Source: an uncultured Collinsella sp. (lineage in GTDB: Bacteria > Actinomycetota > Coriobacteriia > Coriobacteriales > Coriobacteriaceae). From it: DNA of 64,000 nucleotides. The position numbers and the translations under genes are program-made. Numbering within the stretch: the first letter of the stretch is position 1; each line of letters starts with the position of its first letter. The notes beneath the pieces are model-generated. The model was not told where the DNA came from, ran no database searches, and saw nothing but the letters and a program-made list of their open reading frames with translations. The stretch is taken from contig CATYSO010000012.1 in NCBI GenBank assembly GCA_958412345.1, positions 1,577 to 65,576 of the forward strand, given 5' to 3'. Positions 32,377-42,108 of the stretch are shown here, piece by piece.

Positions 32377-33522
32377 ATGGACCTTGCTGACATCCGCCAG
32401 GCCATCGATGGCATCGACACCACGCTCCTCAACAGCTTTGTCGAGCGCATGGACATTGCCACCGAGGTCGCCAAGTCAAAAATCGAGATGGGCAAGGCCG
32501 TCTTCGACCCCGCCCGTGAGCGCTCCAAGCTCAACAACCTCGCCAGCCGCGCGCCCGAGCGCTACGAGGCGCAGACCATCACCCTGTTCCGTCTCCTCAT
32601 GAGCATGAGCAAGGCCGAGCAGCAGCGCTACATCAACGAGCTCAAGGGCATCACCGTCTCGCAAAAGGCCCACGCCACGGCTGCAGCCTCCGACACGCCC
32701 TTCCCTCAAACGGCCACCGTCGCCTGCCAGGGCGTCGAGGGCGCTTACAGCCAAATCGCCGCGTGCAAGCTCTTCGACGTGCCCGACATCGCGTTTTTCG
32801 AGACCTTCGAGGGCGTCATGCGCGCCGTGCGCGACGGCTTCTGCGAGTTTGGCGTGCTGCCCATCGAGAACTCCACCGCCGGTTCGGTCAACGCCGTCTA
32901 CGACCTGCTCGCCCAGTTCGACTTCCATATCGTGCGCTCGCTTCGCCTCAAAATCGACCACAACCTGCTCGTCAAGCCCGGCACCAAGCTTGCGGACGTG
33001 CACGAGGTCTACAGCCACGGCCAGGCCATTGCCCAATGCGCCGGCTTTATCGAGGCGCACGACCTGCACGCCAACAAGTACCCCAACACGGCCATGTCGG
33101 CCGAGATGGTCGCCAGCTCCGAGCGCACCGATGTTGCCGCCATCGCATCGCGCAGCTGCGCGGCACTCTATGGCCTGGAGGTGCTGGAGCCCAACATCCA
33201 GGACTCGGACAACAACTACACGCGCTTTGTCGTCATCAGCCGCGAGCCACGCGTCTACCCCGGCGCCAACCGCACCTCGCTCATGATTACCACGGCCAAC
33301 GAGCCGGGCGCACTCTATCGCGTACTCGAGCGCTTCTACGCACTCAGCATCAACCTCATCAAGCTCGAGAGCCGCCCCATCCCCGGTCGCGACTTTGAGT
33401 TTATGTTCTACTTTGACCTGGACTGCCCCTTTGGCAGCAAGGCCCTCGATGATCTGCTCGATTCCATCAACGACGTGTGCGAGAGCTTCACCTACTTTGG
33501 CAGTTACACGGAGGTGCTCTAG
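32377..33522 (+). CDS. pheA: Bifunctional chorismate mutase/prephenate dehydratase
   Basis: N-terminal AroQ-type chorismate mutase (IRQAIDGID...ERE), then QGVEGAYS, PIENSTAGSV, NYTRF and the ACT domain INLIKLESRP. Confidence 0.93.
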   Translation: MDLADIRQAIDGIDTTLLNSFVERMDIATEVAKSKIEMGKAVFDPARERSKLNNLASRAPERYEAQTITLFRLLMSMSKAEQQRYINELKGITVSQKAHATAAASDTPFPQTATVACQGVEGAYSQIAACKLFDVPDIAFFETFEGVMRAVRDGFCEFGVLPIENSTAGSVNAVYDLLAQFDFHIVRSLRLKIDHNLLVKPGTKLADVHEVYSHGQAIAQCAGFIEAHDLHANKYPNTAMSAEMVASSERTDVAAIASRSCAALYGLEVLEPNIQDSDNNYTRFVVISREPRVYPGANRTSLMITTANEPGALYRVLERFYALSINLIKLESRPIPGRDFEFMFYFDLDCPFGSKALDDLLDSINDVCESFTYFGSYTEVL

Positions 33523-34773
33523 ATGACCGATGTCGCCGCAACCCGCCCCTACGGCGTGCTGGGCCGCGTGCTGGGCCACAGCTACACCCCGACCATCTAC
33601 AAGGAGCTGGCGGGGCTTGAGTACGTGCGTTTTGAGCGCGAGCCCGAGGAGCTCGCGGCCTTTATGACGGGCGACGAGTGGGAGGGCACCAATGTTACCA
33701 TCCCCTACAAGCGCACCGTCATGGAATACCTGGACGAGCTGAGTCCACTCGCCGAACGCATGGGCAACGTCAACACCATCACGCGCCTGCCCGACGGCCG
33801 CCTGCGCGGCGACAACACCGACTACTTTGGTTTTCAGTGTCTGGTCGAGGAGTTGGGCGTAGAGGTTGCCGGAAAAAAGACCCTCGTGCTCGGTGCCACC
33901 GGCGGCGCCGGCACCACGGCAAGTATGGTGCTGGGAGACCTGGGCGCCGTCGTTGTGCCCGTGGGTCGCACGAGCGAGGTCAACTACGACAACATCGCAC
34001 AGCAGTCCGACGCCACCTTGCTCGTCAACTGCACGCCCGCCGGCATGTTCCCCCACTGCCCCGACGCGCCTTGTACGCTCGAAGGGCTCGATGCGCTCGA
34101 AGGTGTTATCGACATTGTCTACAACCCCGCCCGCACGGGCCTGATGCTCGGGGCCGAGCGCCGCGGTATCCCTTGCATCGGCGGCCTACTGATGCTCGTG
34201 GCCCAGGCGGCACAGGCTGTCGAGCGCTACACCGGCCAGGTCACTCCGCGCGAGCGCATTCTGGACGTAACGGAGCGCCTGTCACGCCGCGAACAGAATA
34301 TCGCGCTGATCGGCATGCCGGGCTCGGGCAAGACCCGTGTGGGCGAGCAGATTGCCTTGCTCACGGGGCGAGAGCACATTGACCTGGACCGCGCCCTCGA
34401 GGAACGCCTGGGCATGCCCTGCGCCGACTTTATCGTCGAACACGGTGAGCCGGCCTTCCGCGAGCAGGAGACGGCGGCCCTGGCCGATATCTCCAAGCGT
34501 AGTGGCTTGGTGCTTTCCACGGGCGGCGGCGTGGTCACGCGCGACGAGAACTATCCGCTACTGCACCAGAACAGCCAGATCGTGATGCTCAACCGCAAGC
34601 TCGACGAACTCGCCCACAAGGGTCGCCCCATCACCGCCCGCGACGGTATCGACAAGCTGGCCGAGCAGCGCATGCCGCGCTACCGCGCCTGGGCCGACTA
34701 CATCATCGACTCACGCGACTGCGCCGCCAACACCGCCCAAGCCCTCCTCGACACCCTCCCATCCGCTCTCTAA
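33523..34773 (+). CDS. Shikimate dehydrogenase-shikimate kinase fusion (AroE-AroK)
   Basis: AroE motifs GHSYTP, NVTIPYK, NTD and DIVYNP, followed by AroK motifs IGMPGSGKT, FRE and TGGG. Confidence 0.92.
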   Translation: MTDVAATRPYGVLGRVLGHSYTPTIYKELAGLEYVRFEREPEELAAFMTGDEWEGTNVTIPYKRTVMEYLDELSPLAERMGNVNTITRLPDGRLRGDNTDYFGFQCLVEELGVEVAGKKTLVLGATGGAGTTASMVLGDLGAVVVPVGRTSEVNYDNIAQQSDATLLVNCTPAGMFPHCPDAPCTLEGLDALEGVIDIVYNPARTGLMLGAERRGIPCIGGLLMLVAQAAQAVERYTGQVTPRERILDVTERLSRREQNIALIGMPGSGKTRVGEQIALLTGREHIDLDRALEERLGMPCADFIVEHGEPAFREQETAALADISKRSGLVLSTGGGVVTRDENYPLLHQNSQIVMLNRKLDELAHKGRPITARDGIDKLAEQRMPRYRAWADYIIDSRDCAANTAQALLDTLPSAL

Positions 34774-34775
34774 CC

Positions 34776-34816
34776 AAAACCACCACAAAGGGGACAGGCA
34801 CCTTTGTGGTGGTTTT
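34776..34816. repeat. REP-like hairpin, 16-bp perfect stem
   Basis: AAAACCACCACAAAGG-ggacaggca-CCTTTGTGGTGGTTTT; may also act as a terminator or attenuator before aroQ. Confidence 0.7.
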
Positions 34817-34837
34817 CCAATCGCAAAGGAAGCAACC

Positions 34838-35275
34838 ATGAAAGCACTCGTCATCAATGGTCCCAACCTCAACATGCTTGGCATTCGCGAGCCGGGCATC
34901 TATGGCAGCGACAACTACGACCGCTTAGTGCAGATCTGCCAGGAAGCTGGTGCTGCACAGGGCTTCGACGAGGTCGAGGTTTTCCAGTCCAACCACGAGG
35001 GCAGCATCGTCGACAAGATCCAGGAGGCCTACGGCAAGGTCGACGGCATCGTCATCAACCCGGCGGCCTACACGCACACGAGCGTCGCGATCCTCGACGC
35101 ACTCAAGGCCGTCGCCATCCCGGCTGTGGAGGTCCATATCAGCGCCGTCGAAACACGCGAGGACTTCCGCCAGGTAAGCTACGCCCGCCTAGCCTGCTTC
35201 GCCACCATCACCGGAGAAGGCCTCCAAGGCTACGCCCATGCATTGGAGCTGCTGAAAGAGCATCTCGATAAGTAA
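34838..35275 (+). CDS. aroQ: Type II 3-dehydroquinate dehydratase
   Basis: NGPNLNMLGIREPGIYG, QSNHEG, NPAAYTHTS and EVHIS. Confidence 0.97.
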   Translation: MKALVINGPNLNMLGIREPGIYGSDNYDRLVQICQEAGAAQGFDEVEVFQSNHEGSIVDKIQEAYGKVDGIVINPAAYTHTSVAILDALKAVAIPAVEVHISAVETREDFRQVSYARLACFATITGEGLQGYAHALELLKEHLDK

Positions 35276-35298
35276 GACCGCAACACTACTGAATAACT

Positions 35299-35335
35299 AA
35301 TAGTGGGGACGACCAAGTTGGTCGCCTCCACTATT
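35299..35335. terminator. Hairpin between convergent aroQ and acyltransferase genes
   Basis: AATAGTGGGGACGACCA...TGGTCGCCTCCACTATT near-perfect stem. Confidence 0.6.
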
Positions 35336-35336
35336 G

Positions 35337-36323
35337 TTAAGCCTTTTTGATTACGTATGCTAGGCCGATATCGCAGGCGCAGCGTACGATTGATGCGAAG
35401 AGCCACGATGCTGGCAGCGTCATCAGCAACGGCATCGTCTGCCAGGGGATAAACCAATCGACCGCGTGGATTGCAAAGATGGCGAGGCTGGCCTGTCCGC
35501 AGAACACGAGCGCTCGCTCAAAGGACCCCAAAACCGGCATGTCCTTCAGCTTTTCAATCGCCATGGAAACCCAGCACACGCAGTAACTGCCGGCAAGTGC
35601 GGCAGCCGTCGCAACCACAAACCCATCCACACGACGGCTCGAAAGCTCAAGCCCGCTCAGGGCAGCAAGGGCAAGCCAAGCGACACCGACTCCAATAAAC
35701 AACAGCGGCTTGCTCACGCTCGGCTCCAGCTTTCGCTGACGTGCCGTATAGCCTATCCACATCAGCAAGACGATGTAGCAGCTCAGATCCAAATCGAGCG
35801 GCAGATAGATACCCAAAAAGCGAGACACGCTCAGCCCGCAGAAAGCAATCACAGCACAAACAACACCCTGCCAAACAGCGTCAACCTCGCGGCTATCAAA
35901 CAACCGCACCAGCGCATTAAACAGCAGGCGCGACGTAAACAGCGCCGCCAAAAACCACGCCATGCCAACGGCAGCAACGCCAAGCCCAGGTACATCAACA
36001 CCCGAGGCAAACACGAGCGTCTCAAGTCCGCCGGCAAGCGCACCGCCCGTCAACGGAGTCCCGCTCATCAAGAACGTCGGCACCTGCCAAGCCAGTGCAA
36101 GAACCACATACGGCACCAGCAAACGCGACACCGAACCACTCACCAGCTCACGCCACGGCTTTGACCTAAACGTATACCCGGCAAGAATAAAGAACACCGG
36201 CATGTGAAACGAGAAGATGGCATGCCGCAAAGGCGAGGGATTTGGGACGGTATGCCCCACAATGACCAGAATAATTGCAATCCCCTTTGCAATATCTATC
36301 CAGTCGAGCCTTTTACTTCCCAT
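35337..36323 (-). CDS. Acyltransferase family 3 (putative polysaccharide O-acetyltransferase)
   Basis: RLDWIDIAKGIAIILVIVGH, FHMPVFF and WFL; multi-TM; start at ATG 36323. Confidence 0.88.
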   Translation of the reverse strand: MGSKRLDWIDIAKGIAIILVIVGHTVPNPSPLRHAIFSFHMPVFFILAGYTFRSKPWRELVSGSVSRLLVPYVVLALAWQVPTFLMSGTPLTGGALAGGLETLVFASGVDVPGLGVAAVGMAWFLAALFTSRLLFNALVRLFDSREVDAVWQGVVCAVIAFCGLSVSRFLGIYLPLDLDLSCYIVLLMWIGYTARQRKLEPSVSKPLLFIGVGVAWLALAALSGLELSSRRVDGFVVATAAALAGSYCVCWVSMAIEKLKDMPVLGSFERALVFCGQASLAIFAIHAVDWFIPWQTMPLLMTLPASWLFASIVRCACDIGLAYVIKKA

Positions 36324-36356
36324 AGCGGACCCTTCAAAACAGCAGCACACAAGACG

Positions 36357-36388
36357 AAAAAGCCCGGACCACTAAGCGGTCCGGGCTT
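36357..36388 (-). terminator. Intrinsic terminator after tRNA-Arg(TCT)
   Basis: AAGCCCGGACC-actaagc-GGTCCGGGCTT with an A-run on its left. Confidence 0.75.
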
Positions 36389-36397
36389 AATAAACGA

Positions 36398-36474
36398 TGG
36401 TGCTCCATGGCGGATTCGAACCGTCGACCTTGGGATTAGAAGTCCCCTGCTCTATCCAACTGAGCTAATGGAGC
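36398..36474 (-). tRNA. tRNA-Arg (anticodon TCT)
   Basis: Reverse complement reads GCTCCATTAGCTCAGTTGGATAGAGCA-GGGGA-CTTCTAA-TCCCA...GGTTCGAATCC...TGGAGCACCA. Confidence 0.95.
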
Positions 36475-36528
36475 AAATAACCGCACGCCCAAGCAAGCGC
36501 AAGCCTGTCAGGCGCAAGTAATTATAAC

Positions 36529-37299
36529 CTAGTTGAACTGCTCGCGGTACGCCTTGCAGACCTCATCGACCGGGCCGTCCATGCGAAGGTCACCCTTCTC
36601 AATCCAAACGGCACGCTGGCAGATGCGCTCAACCTGCTCCATGGAGTGCGAAACGAACAGAACCGTCACGTCACCGCTCTGGATAAAGTGCTGGATGCGG
36701 GCCTCGCACTTCTGCTGGAAGAACACATCACCGACGGACAGCGTCTCGTCAACGATCAGAATATCGGGCTCGGTAATCGTCGCGATTGCAAAGGCGATAC
36801 GCGCCACCATGCCCGAGGAGAAGTTCTTAAGCGGCATATCGACAAAGTTCTGCAGCTCAGCGAACTCGATAATGCCGTCAAAGTTGGCATCGATGAACTC
36901 CTTGGTATATCCGAGCAGAGCGCCGTTCAGGTAGATGTTCTCGCGAGCCGTCAGCTCGGGGTCAAAGCCTGCGCCAAGCTCAATCAACGGTGCGATATTG
37001 CCATGAACCTTAACGCTGCCCTCACTGGGCTCAAGCACACCGGCGATGATCTTGAGCATCGTGGACTTGCCGGAGCCATTGGTGCCAACCAGACCGACAA
37101 CCTCGCCGCGATGAATATCGAACGAGATATGCTTGAGCGCCCTAAACTCCTCAAAGAACAACTCGTGCTTGGCAAGCTTAATGAAGTACTCCTTGAGGTT
37201 GGTCAGCGACTCGGACGCCATGTTAAAGATCATGGTGACGTCGTCGACCTCGACAGCCAGAGGCTGCTCGCTGTAATCAACAACAGATTCAGTCATCAC
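36529..37299 (-). CDS. wzt: Polysaccharide ABC exporter ATP-binding subunit (Wzt/RgpD-like)
   Basis: GTNGSGKST, LGAGFDPELTAREN, FSSGM, ILIVDETLSVGD and VSH. Confidence 0.92.
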   Translation of the reverse strand: MMTESVVDYSEQPLAVEVDDVTMIFNMASESLTNLKEYFIKLAKHELFFEEFRALKHISFDIHRGEVVGLVGTNGSGKSTMLKIIAGVLEPSEGSVKVHGNIAPLIELGAGFDPELTARENIYLNGALLGYTKEFIDANFDGIIEFAELQNFVDMPLKNFSSGMVARIAFAIATITEPDILIVDETLSVGDVFFQQKCEARIQHFIQSGDVTVLFVSHSMEQVERICQRAVWIEKGDLRMDGPVDEVCKAYREQFN

Positions 37300-37307
37300 A
37301 GCACTCC

Positions 37308-38153
37308 TTAGATGTAGAGGATGAACTTGCGCTCGGACTTATGGAACACGGTGTAGCCAATAACAAGCGCAAGAACCGCCCAAGCGACGCACATGCCAAA
37401 CGTCAAAAGCGAGGGCGTAGTCTGGAACAGGAAGATATCGCGCATAAACTGCAGGTAGTTATACATGGGGTTCGCATAGACCAGAATGCGCACGAGATGC
37501 GGCATTTGCACAACGAAGTCGGTCGTCCAGAAAATAGGCGTGATGTAAGTCCACGCCGTAATGACAACGCTCCATAGATGCATAACGTCGCGGAAGAAGA
37601 CCGTAAGGGCGGAGAGCATCATGCCCAGGCCCATGCAGAAGCACATAAGCAGCAGCAGGCAAACCGGCAGCAGAATCAGGTGCCAAGAAGGCATAACGCG
37701 GAACCACAGCATGACGATTGCAACGGCAACCAGCGAAAAGGCAAAGTTAACCAGCGAGAAGAGGACCTTCTGCACCGGGAAGACCCAGCGATGCACCTTA
37801 ACCTTCTTGAGCAACGGAGCCGCGCCAACGATCGAAGTCAGCGCCTGATTCGTAGACTCGGACATAACGGCAAAGGTAACGTTACCCACGATCAAGTACA
37901 GCGGGTACATCTCGGGCGTAATTGAGCCATTGCGGCCCTGAGCAAAAATCGTCGAGAACACGATCGCCATGACGATCATCATCAGCAGCGGGTTGAGCAC
38001 CGACCATGCGACGCCGAGAACGCTACGACGATACTTGATCTTAAAATCCTTGGTAACCAGCTGACGAAGGATAAACGCATCCTTCTCAAATTCGTTCTTA
38101 GCAAACGTCGCAGGCAGACTGCGAGTTTCTTGTTGCTTTGTCTGATCCGACAC
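37308..38153 (-). CDS. wzm: Polysaccharide ABC exporter permease (Wzm/RgpC-like)
   Basis: DFKIKYRRSVLGVAWSVLNPL, FFRD and ANP; GTG start at 38153 after AAAGGAG. Confidence 0.92.
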   Translation of the reverse strand: MSDQTKQQETRSLPATFAKNEFEKDAFILRQLVTKDFKIKYRRSVLGVAWSVLNPLLMMIVMAIVFSTIFAQGRNGSITPEMYPLYLIVGNVTFAVMSESTNQALTSIVGAAPLLKKVKVHRWVFPVQKVLFSLVNFAFSLVAVAIVMLWFRVMPSWHLILLPVCLLLLMCFCMGLGMMLSALTVFFRDVMHLWSVVITAWTYITPIFWTTDFVVQMPHLVRILVYANPMYNYLQFMRDIFLFQTTPSLLTFGMCVAWAVLALVIGYTVFHKSERKFILYI

Positions 38154-38242
38154 GGATGCAACTCCTTTACTCGTAATCGTTGACAAACGAACAGTATAGA
38201 CCCGCCCCTAACACCGTAAGGCGGCATTGCGAAACTGGAAAA

Positions 38243-40129
38243 CTATCCCACAACATCGGATTCCGAATGCCTTTCGCCAGATAGCAAGCCGCGAGCAACC
38301 ACCACAAGCACAACCGGAAGACCAAATTGAGCCGCCACAATATAACGGGGCCAATACCAAATAGGGCTCGCAATAAAGAGCGTTCCGTACAACAGCACAA
38401 AAGGCAAAAGCGGCAATGCGAAACGCGAACGCCCAAGCGATATCAAAAGAACTACCGAAAACACGAGCAGCCAAAAGACAACAGCACCAGAAATAGACCA
38501 GGCACTCAATCCGATCACCTTATCGACACCGTCACCAAAGAATGAAAGCAGGTTACGAAATACAACCCCCGCAGAGGCCTCTCCGTCGGCCATAAGGTTA
38601 TACGGCACACCCATGAGAAAGTTTTCAGGAAGACCGTCAGCGCCCTTTACATTTGGTGCCCAAAAACCAAACGTCTGCAACTCCCATGCTTCAAAATACA
38701 TCGAAGGGTTACGCAAAAACATCGAGACCCAATGAGTCCAGAATCCGTCCTTTAGTTGCTCCGCATTAAACTTCTCATTCCATTTTAGCGGATCGATAAT
38801 ACTGGGACGGTACACCTCCTTGTAACGATCAAGCGGAAGCAGGTCGTTCATATAAGAACGGTCAGACGCAGACATATCGCCATCGAGCGCAGAAACACGA
38901 GCCATCTGGGCAAGCGGAATACCAACCGACTCAACATCCTCCGACGGAACAACACCCATTGCCGAATACACGGGTCCCGTAATAGCCAGACATGCGACAA
39001 GCGCCAATCCAAGGGGGACAGCCAACTGGGAAGTCGAAGCCATTGGGACAATGCGGTCGAGTCGGCCCAAGGCTGCAATAGTCACAAGCACCACAAATAA
39101 CGCAGCACATATATATAAACCATTATTGCGCATCAGCATGACACCTAACGAAAGGAAGCCAAGTGCAAGCAATCGTGGCGCACTCGCCCAGGAATCCTGT
39201 TCCATAACAGCATCGGCGAGCACAGTCACCATCAAGACAAGGCAGCAAGAAAACAGCGGATCTTTCCAGAGCGCAACGGAATATAGAGCGCAATAACGAG
39301 ACAAGCCAAATAGGGCCACAAGCAGCCAGGACCAACGGCAGGAAACCCCCAAGCGGGAAGTCGCCCAAAGAGAAAGATAGCCAAAAGTGCCGGCAACACA
39401 GACCATCTGAAACACCGTAAGCAAGGCAACGCCCGCCGTAGGACTCAGCCCCATTAGGCCCACAATCTTGATACACGCCGCCATCATCATGGTGAATGCA
39501 ACCGGATGATGGCTACTCAAAGGATTCCACCCCATAATCTGAGCGAACGACGAGAAGGTGTCGCCAAAAAACAGACCGGGATAATACCTCAGGAAGAACG
39601 GCAGATACAAAAGAAATATCACTAGGGTACGAACCGTAACAGACGGAACTCGTATAGATGGTCCATAACCTTTCGCCCGCGATGTGCATACGCCGAAACC
39701 ACAGCAGTGACAACGACTAGACAGCTGAATAAGCGCCGAAAAGGCCCAAAAGACCAATGCTGACATTGCGCAAAAAGCAATAACATCAAGTGCGGAATAC
39801 GGCTCAATATAGTTCTCATAAATCCCCCCGGCAATCACCGGTTCTGCCACGTGAATATGCGCACCCAGCACAAGAACAAACGAAAATATAAGGGAAATCG
39901 CTAGACAGCAAACTCTTCCAACAAGAGACGGAAATGCAAAATCCCTGCATCCCAACCTATTGAAGCAAGCCAATAATGCGATTATCGCAACGCATGCCAA
40001 GACCGATGGAAACGGAGCAAAGGAACCACTACAATACGTCACCGTAACGATGCTTGCTGCAATCAGCGAAACAGCACGTGTCACATCTAATAATTTGAAC
40101 CGTCGAATCAATGCACCCATCCTAACCAT
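38243..40129 (-). CDS. Polytopic membrane protein, DUF6020-like (putative GT-C glycosyltransferase)
   Basis: Many TM segments; PGLFFGDTFSS...HHPVAFT, WKD and MRNNG motifs; located within the glycan locus. Confidence 0.6.
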   Translation of the reverse strand: MVRMGALIRRFKLLDVTRAVSLIAASIVTVTYCSGSFAPFPSVLACVAIIALLACFNRLGCRDFAFPSLVGRVCCLAISLIFSFVLVLGAHIHVAEPVIAGGIYENYIEPYSALDVIAFCAMSALVFWAFSALIQLSSRCHCCGFGVCTSRAKGYGPSIRVPSVTVRTLVIFLLYLPFFLRYYPGLFFGDTFSSFAQIMGWNPLSSHHPVAFTMMMAACIKIVGLMGLSPTAGVALLTVFQMVCVAGTFGYLSLWATSRLGVSCRWSWLLVALFGLSRYCALYSVALWKDPLFSCCLVLMVTVLADAVMEQDSWASAPRLLALGFLSLGVMLMRNNGLYICAALFVVLVTIAALGRLDRIVPMASTSQLAVPLGLALVACLAITGPVYSAMGVVPSEDVESVGIPLAQMARVSALDGDMSASDRSYMNDLLPLDRYKEVYRPSIIDPLKWNEKFNAEQLKDGFWTHWVSMFLRNPSMYFEAWELQTFGFWAPNVKGADGLPENFLMGVPYNLMADGEASAGVVFRNLLSFFGDGVDKVIGLSAWSISGAVVFWLLVFSVVLLISLGRSRFALPLLPFVLLYGTLFIASPIWYWPRYIVAAQFGLPVVLVVVARGLLSGERHSESDVVG

Positions 40130-40170
40130 CTAATTAAACGATTCGATTGTACGCGACTTAAGGAACTTTC

Positions 40171-41133
40171 ATGGCCGAGCAAACGATTGCCGTTATTATC
40201 CCTTGCTTCAACGAAGCCGTCACCATTGGAAAAGTCATCGACGACTTCCGCCGCGAACTTCCGCAAGCGACGGTCTATGTTTACGACAACAACTCGTCAG
40301 ACGACACTTCGCGCATCGCAGAAGAGCACGGCGCCACAGTACGCTTTGAGCCCCGTCAGGGCAAAGGCAACGTCTGCCGCCAGATGTTTCGCGATATCGA
40401 CGCCGACTGCTACCTGATGGTCGACGGCGACGACACCTACCCCGCCGAGGCGGCCAAGGCCCTTTGCGAGCCCATTCTTAGCGGCACGGCCGACATGACC
40501 GTGGGCGATCGCCTTTCCAACGGCACCTATGCCGAGGAAAACAAGCGCGCGTTCCACGGGTTTGGCAACAACCTGGTCCGCGCCATGATCAAGTGGATCT
40601 ATGGCTACAGCTTCGACGACGTCATGACCGGCTACCGAGCCATGAGCCGTCCGTTCGTCAAAACCTTCCCCGTGCTTTCCGAGGGCTTTCAAATCGAAAC
40701 CGAACTCTCAATCCATGCCGTCGACCACCGCTGGCGCATTAAGGATGTGCCCATCGAATACCGTGATCGCCCCGAAGGCTCCGAGTCCAAACTCAACACC
40801 GTCAGCGATGGCATTAAAGTCGTCGCCATGATCGGCACGCTGTTCAAGGACTACCGCCCGCTGAAGTTCTTCAGTCTGGTCGCGCTTCTATTCGCAATTA
40901 TCGGCCTGGCCCTGGGCATGCCCATCGTTGTCGAGTATTTCCAGACCGGCCTCGTCCCGCGCTTCCCCACCGCCATGCTCGCCGCCTCGTTTATGTTCCC
41001 GTGCGGCCTGAGCCTCGCTACCGGATTCATCCTCGACTCCGTGGCAAAAGTCGAAAAGAAGCAGTGGGAAGTCAACGTGTACAGCAGATATGCCTTCGAT
41101 GACTATCGCAACGACAAAACGAACGAGAGGTAA
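40171..41133 (+). CDS. GT2 polyprenol-phosphate glycosyltransferase
   Basis: IPCFNE, DNNSSD, QGKG, VDGDDTY, DVMTGYR and two C-terminal TMs. Confidence 0.88.
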   Translation: MAEQTIAVIIPCFNEAVTIGKVIDDFRRELPQATVYVYDNNSSDDTSRIAEEHGATVRFEPRQGKGNVCRQMFRDIDADCYLMVDGDDTYPAEAAKALCEPILSGTADMTVGDRLSNGTYAEENKRAFHGFGNNLVRAMIKWIYGYSFDDVMTGYRAMSRPFVKTFPVLSEGFQIETELSIHAVDHRWRIKDVPIEYRDRPEGSESKLNTVSDGIKVVAMIGTLFKDYRPLKFFSLVALLFAIIGLALGMPIVVEYFQTGLVPRFPTAMLAASFMFPCGLSLATGFILDSVAKVEKKQWEVNVYSRYAFDDYRNDKTNER

Positions 41134-41139
41134 ATCGCC

Positions 41140-42108
41140 ATGCCGCTCATCTCCATCGTCGTTCCGTGCTACAACGAGCAAGAATCACTTCCGATCTTTC
41201 TCAAAGAGCTCGATGGCGTCGTTCGCGCCATGAACCAACAGGACCCCGGCATCTCCTTTGAAGCCGTCCTCATCGACGATGGCTCGGCGGACAGAACGCT
41301 CACCGTCATGAAGGCAGAGGCCGCGAGCAACCACCCATACACCATCAACTGGCATTCATTCTCGCGCAACTTTGGCAAGGAGGCAGCACTGCTCGCCGGG
41401 CTCCAGCATGCAAAGGGTGACTATGTCGCCACCATGGACGCCGACATGCAGGATCCGCCCTCACTCCTGCCGCAGATGTACGAGATCTTGCAAACCGAAG
41501 ACTACGATAACGTCGCCACGCGCAGAACCACCCGCGAAGGCGAGCCTCCCATCAGGTCGTTCTGCGCCCGCATGTTCTACAAGATCATCAACCGCATTTC
41601 CAAGGCCGATATCGTCGATGGAGCACGCGATTTTAGGCTCATGAAGCGCCCCATGGTCAACGCCATCATCTCCATGGGCGAATACAACCGATTCTCCAAG
41701 GGCATCTACGGCTGGGTCGGATTCAAGACCAAATGGCTCCCCTATGTAAACGTCAACCGCATCGCCGGCGAGACCAAGTGGAGCTTTTGGTCGCTGCTCC
41801 TCTATTCCATCGACGGCATCGTCGCGTTTTCCACAGCTCCGCTCTCCCTCGCCGCCCTCACGGGTATCGTATTCTGCCTCATCGCCATTCTGGGATTCGT
41901 CGTCATCCTGGTTAAAACGCTCGTTTGGGGCGACCCCGTAGGCGGATGGCCCTCCCTTGCCTGCCTCATTACGCTGTTTGGCGGCATGCAGCTCCTGTGT
42001 CTGGGAATCATTGGCGAGTATCTGGCAAAAGCCTACTTGGAGGCCAAGCACCGCCTCATCTATATCATTCGAGAGTCCAACGAGGAATCTGATGACACGG
42101 CCCAGTAA
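41140..42108 (+). CDS. GT2 bactoprenol glycosyltransferase (GtrB/CsbB-like)
   Basis: VPCYNE, DDGS, SRNFGKEAA, MDADMQDPP, DFRLM and two C-terminal TMs. Confidence 0.9.
   Translation: MPLISIVVPCYNEQESLPIFLKELDGVVRAMNQQDPGISFEAVLIDDGSADRTLTVMKAEAASNHPYTINWHSFSRNFGKEAALLAGLQHAKGDYVATMDADMQDPPSLLPQMYEILQTEDYDNVATRRTTREGEPPIRSFCARMFYKIINRISKADIVDGARDFRLMKRPMVNAIISMGEYNRFSKGIYGWVGFKTKWLPYVNVNRIAGETKWSFWSLLLYSIDGIVAFSTAPLSLAALTGIVFCLIAILGFVVILVKTLVWGDPVGGWPSLACLITLFGGMQLLCLGIIGEYLAKAYLEAKHRLIYIIRESNEESDDTAQ

Noticed and set aside
33523..34773. AroE-AroK fusion as a novelty
   Set aside because: A known fusion in gut anaerobes.
26479..36474. The two tRNA-Arg genes as attL/attR of an integrated element
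   Set aside because: They are complete, different isoacceptors (CCG and TCT); no integrase or duplicated 3' fragment is present.
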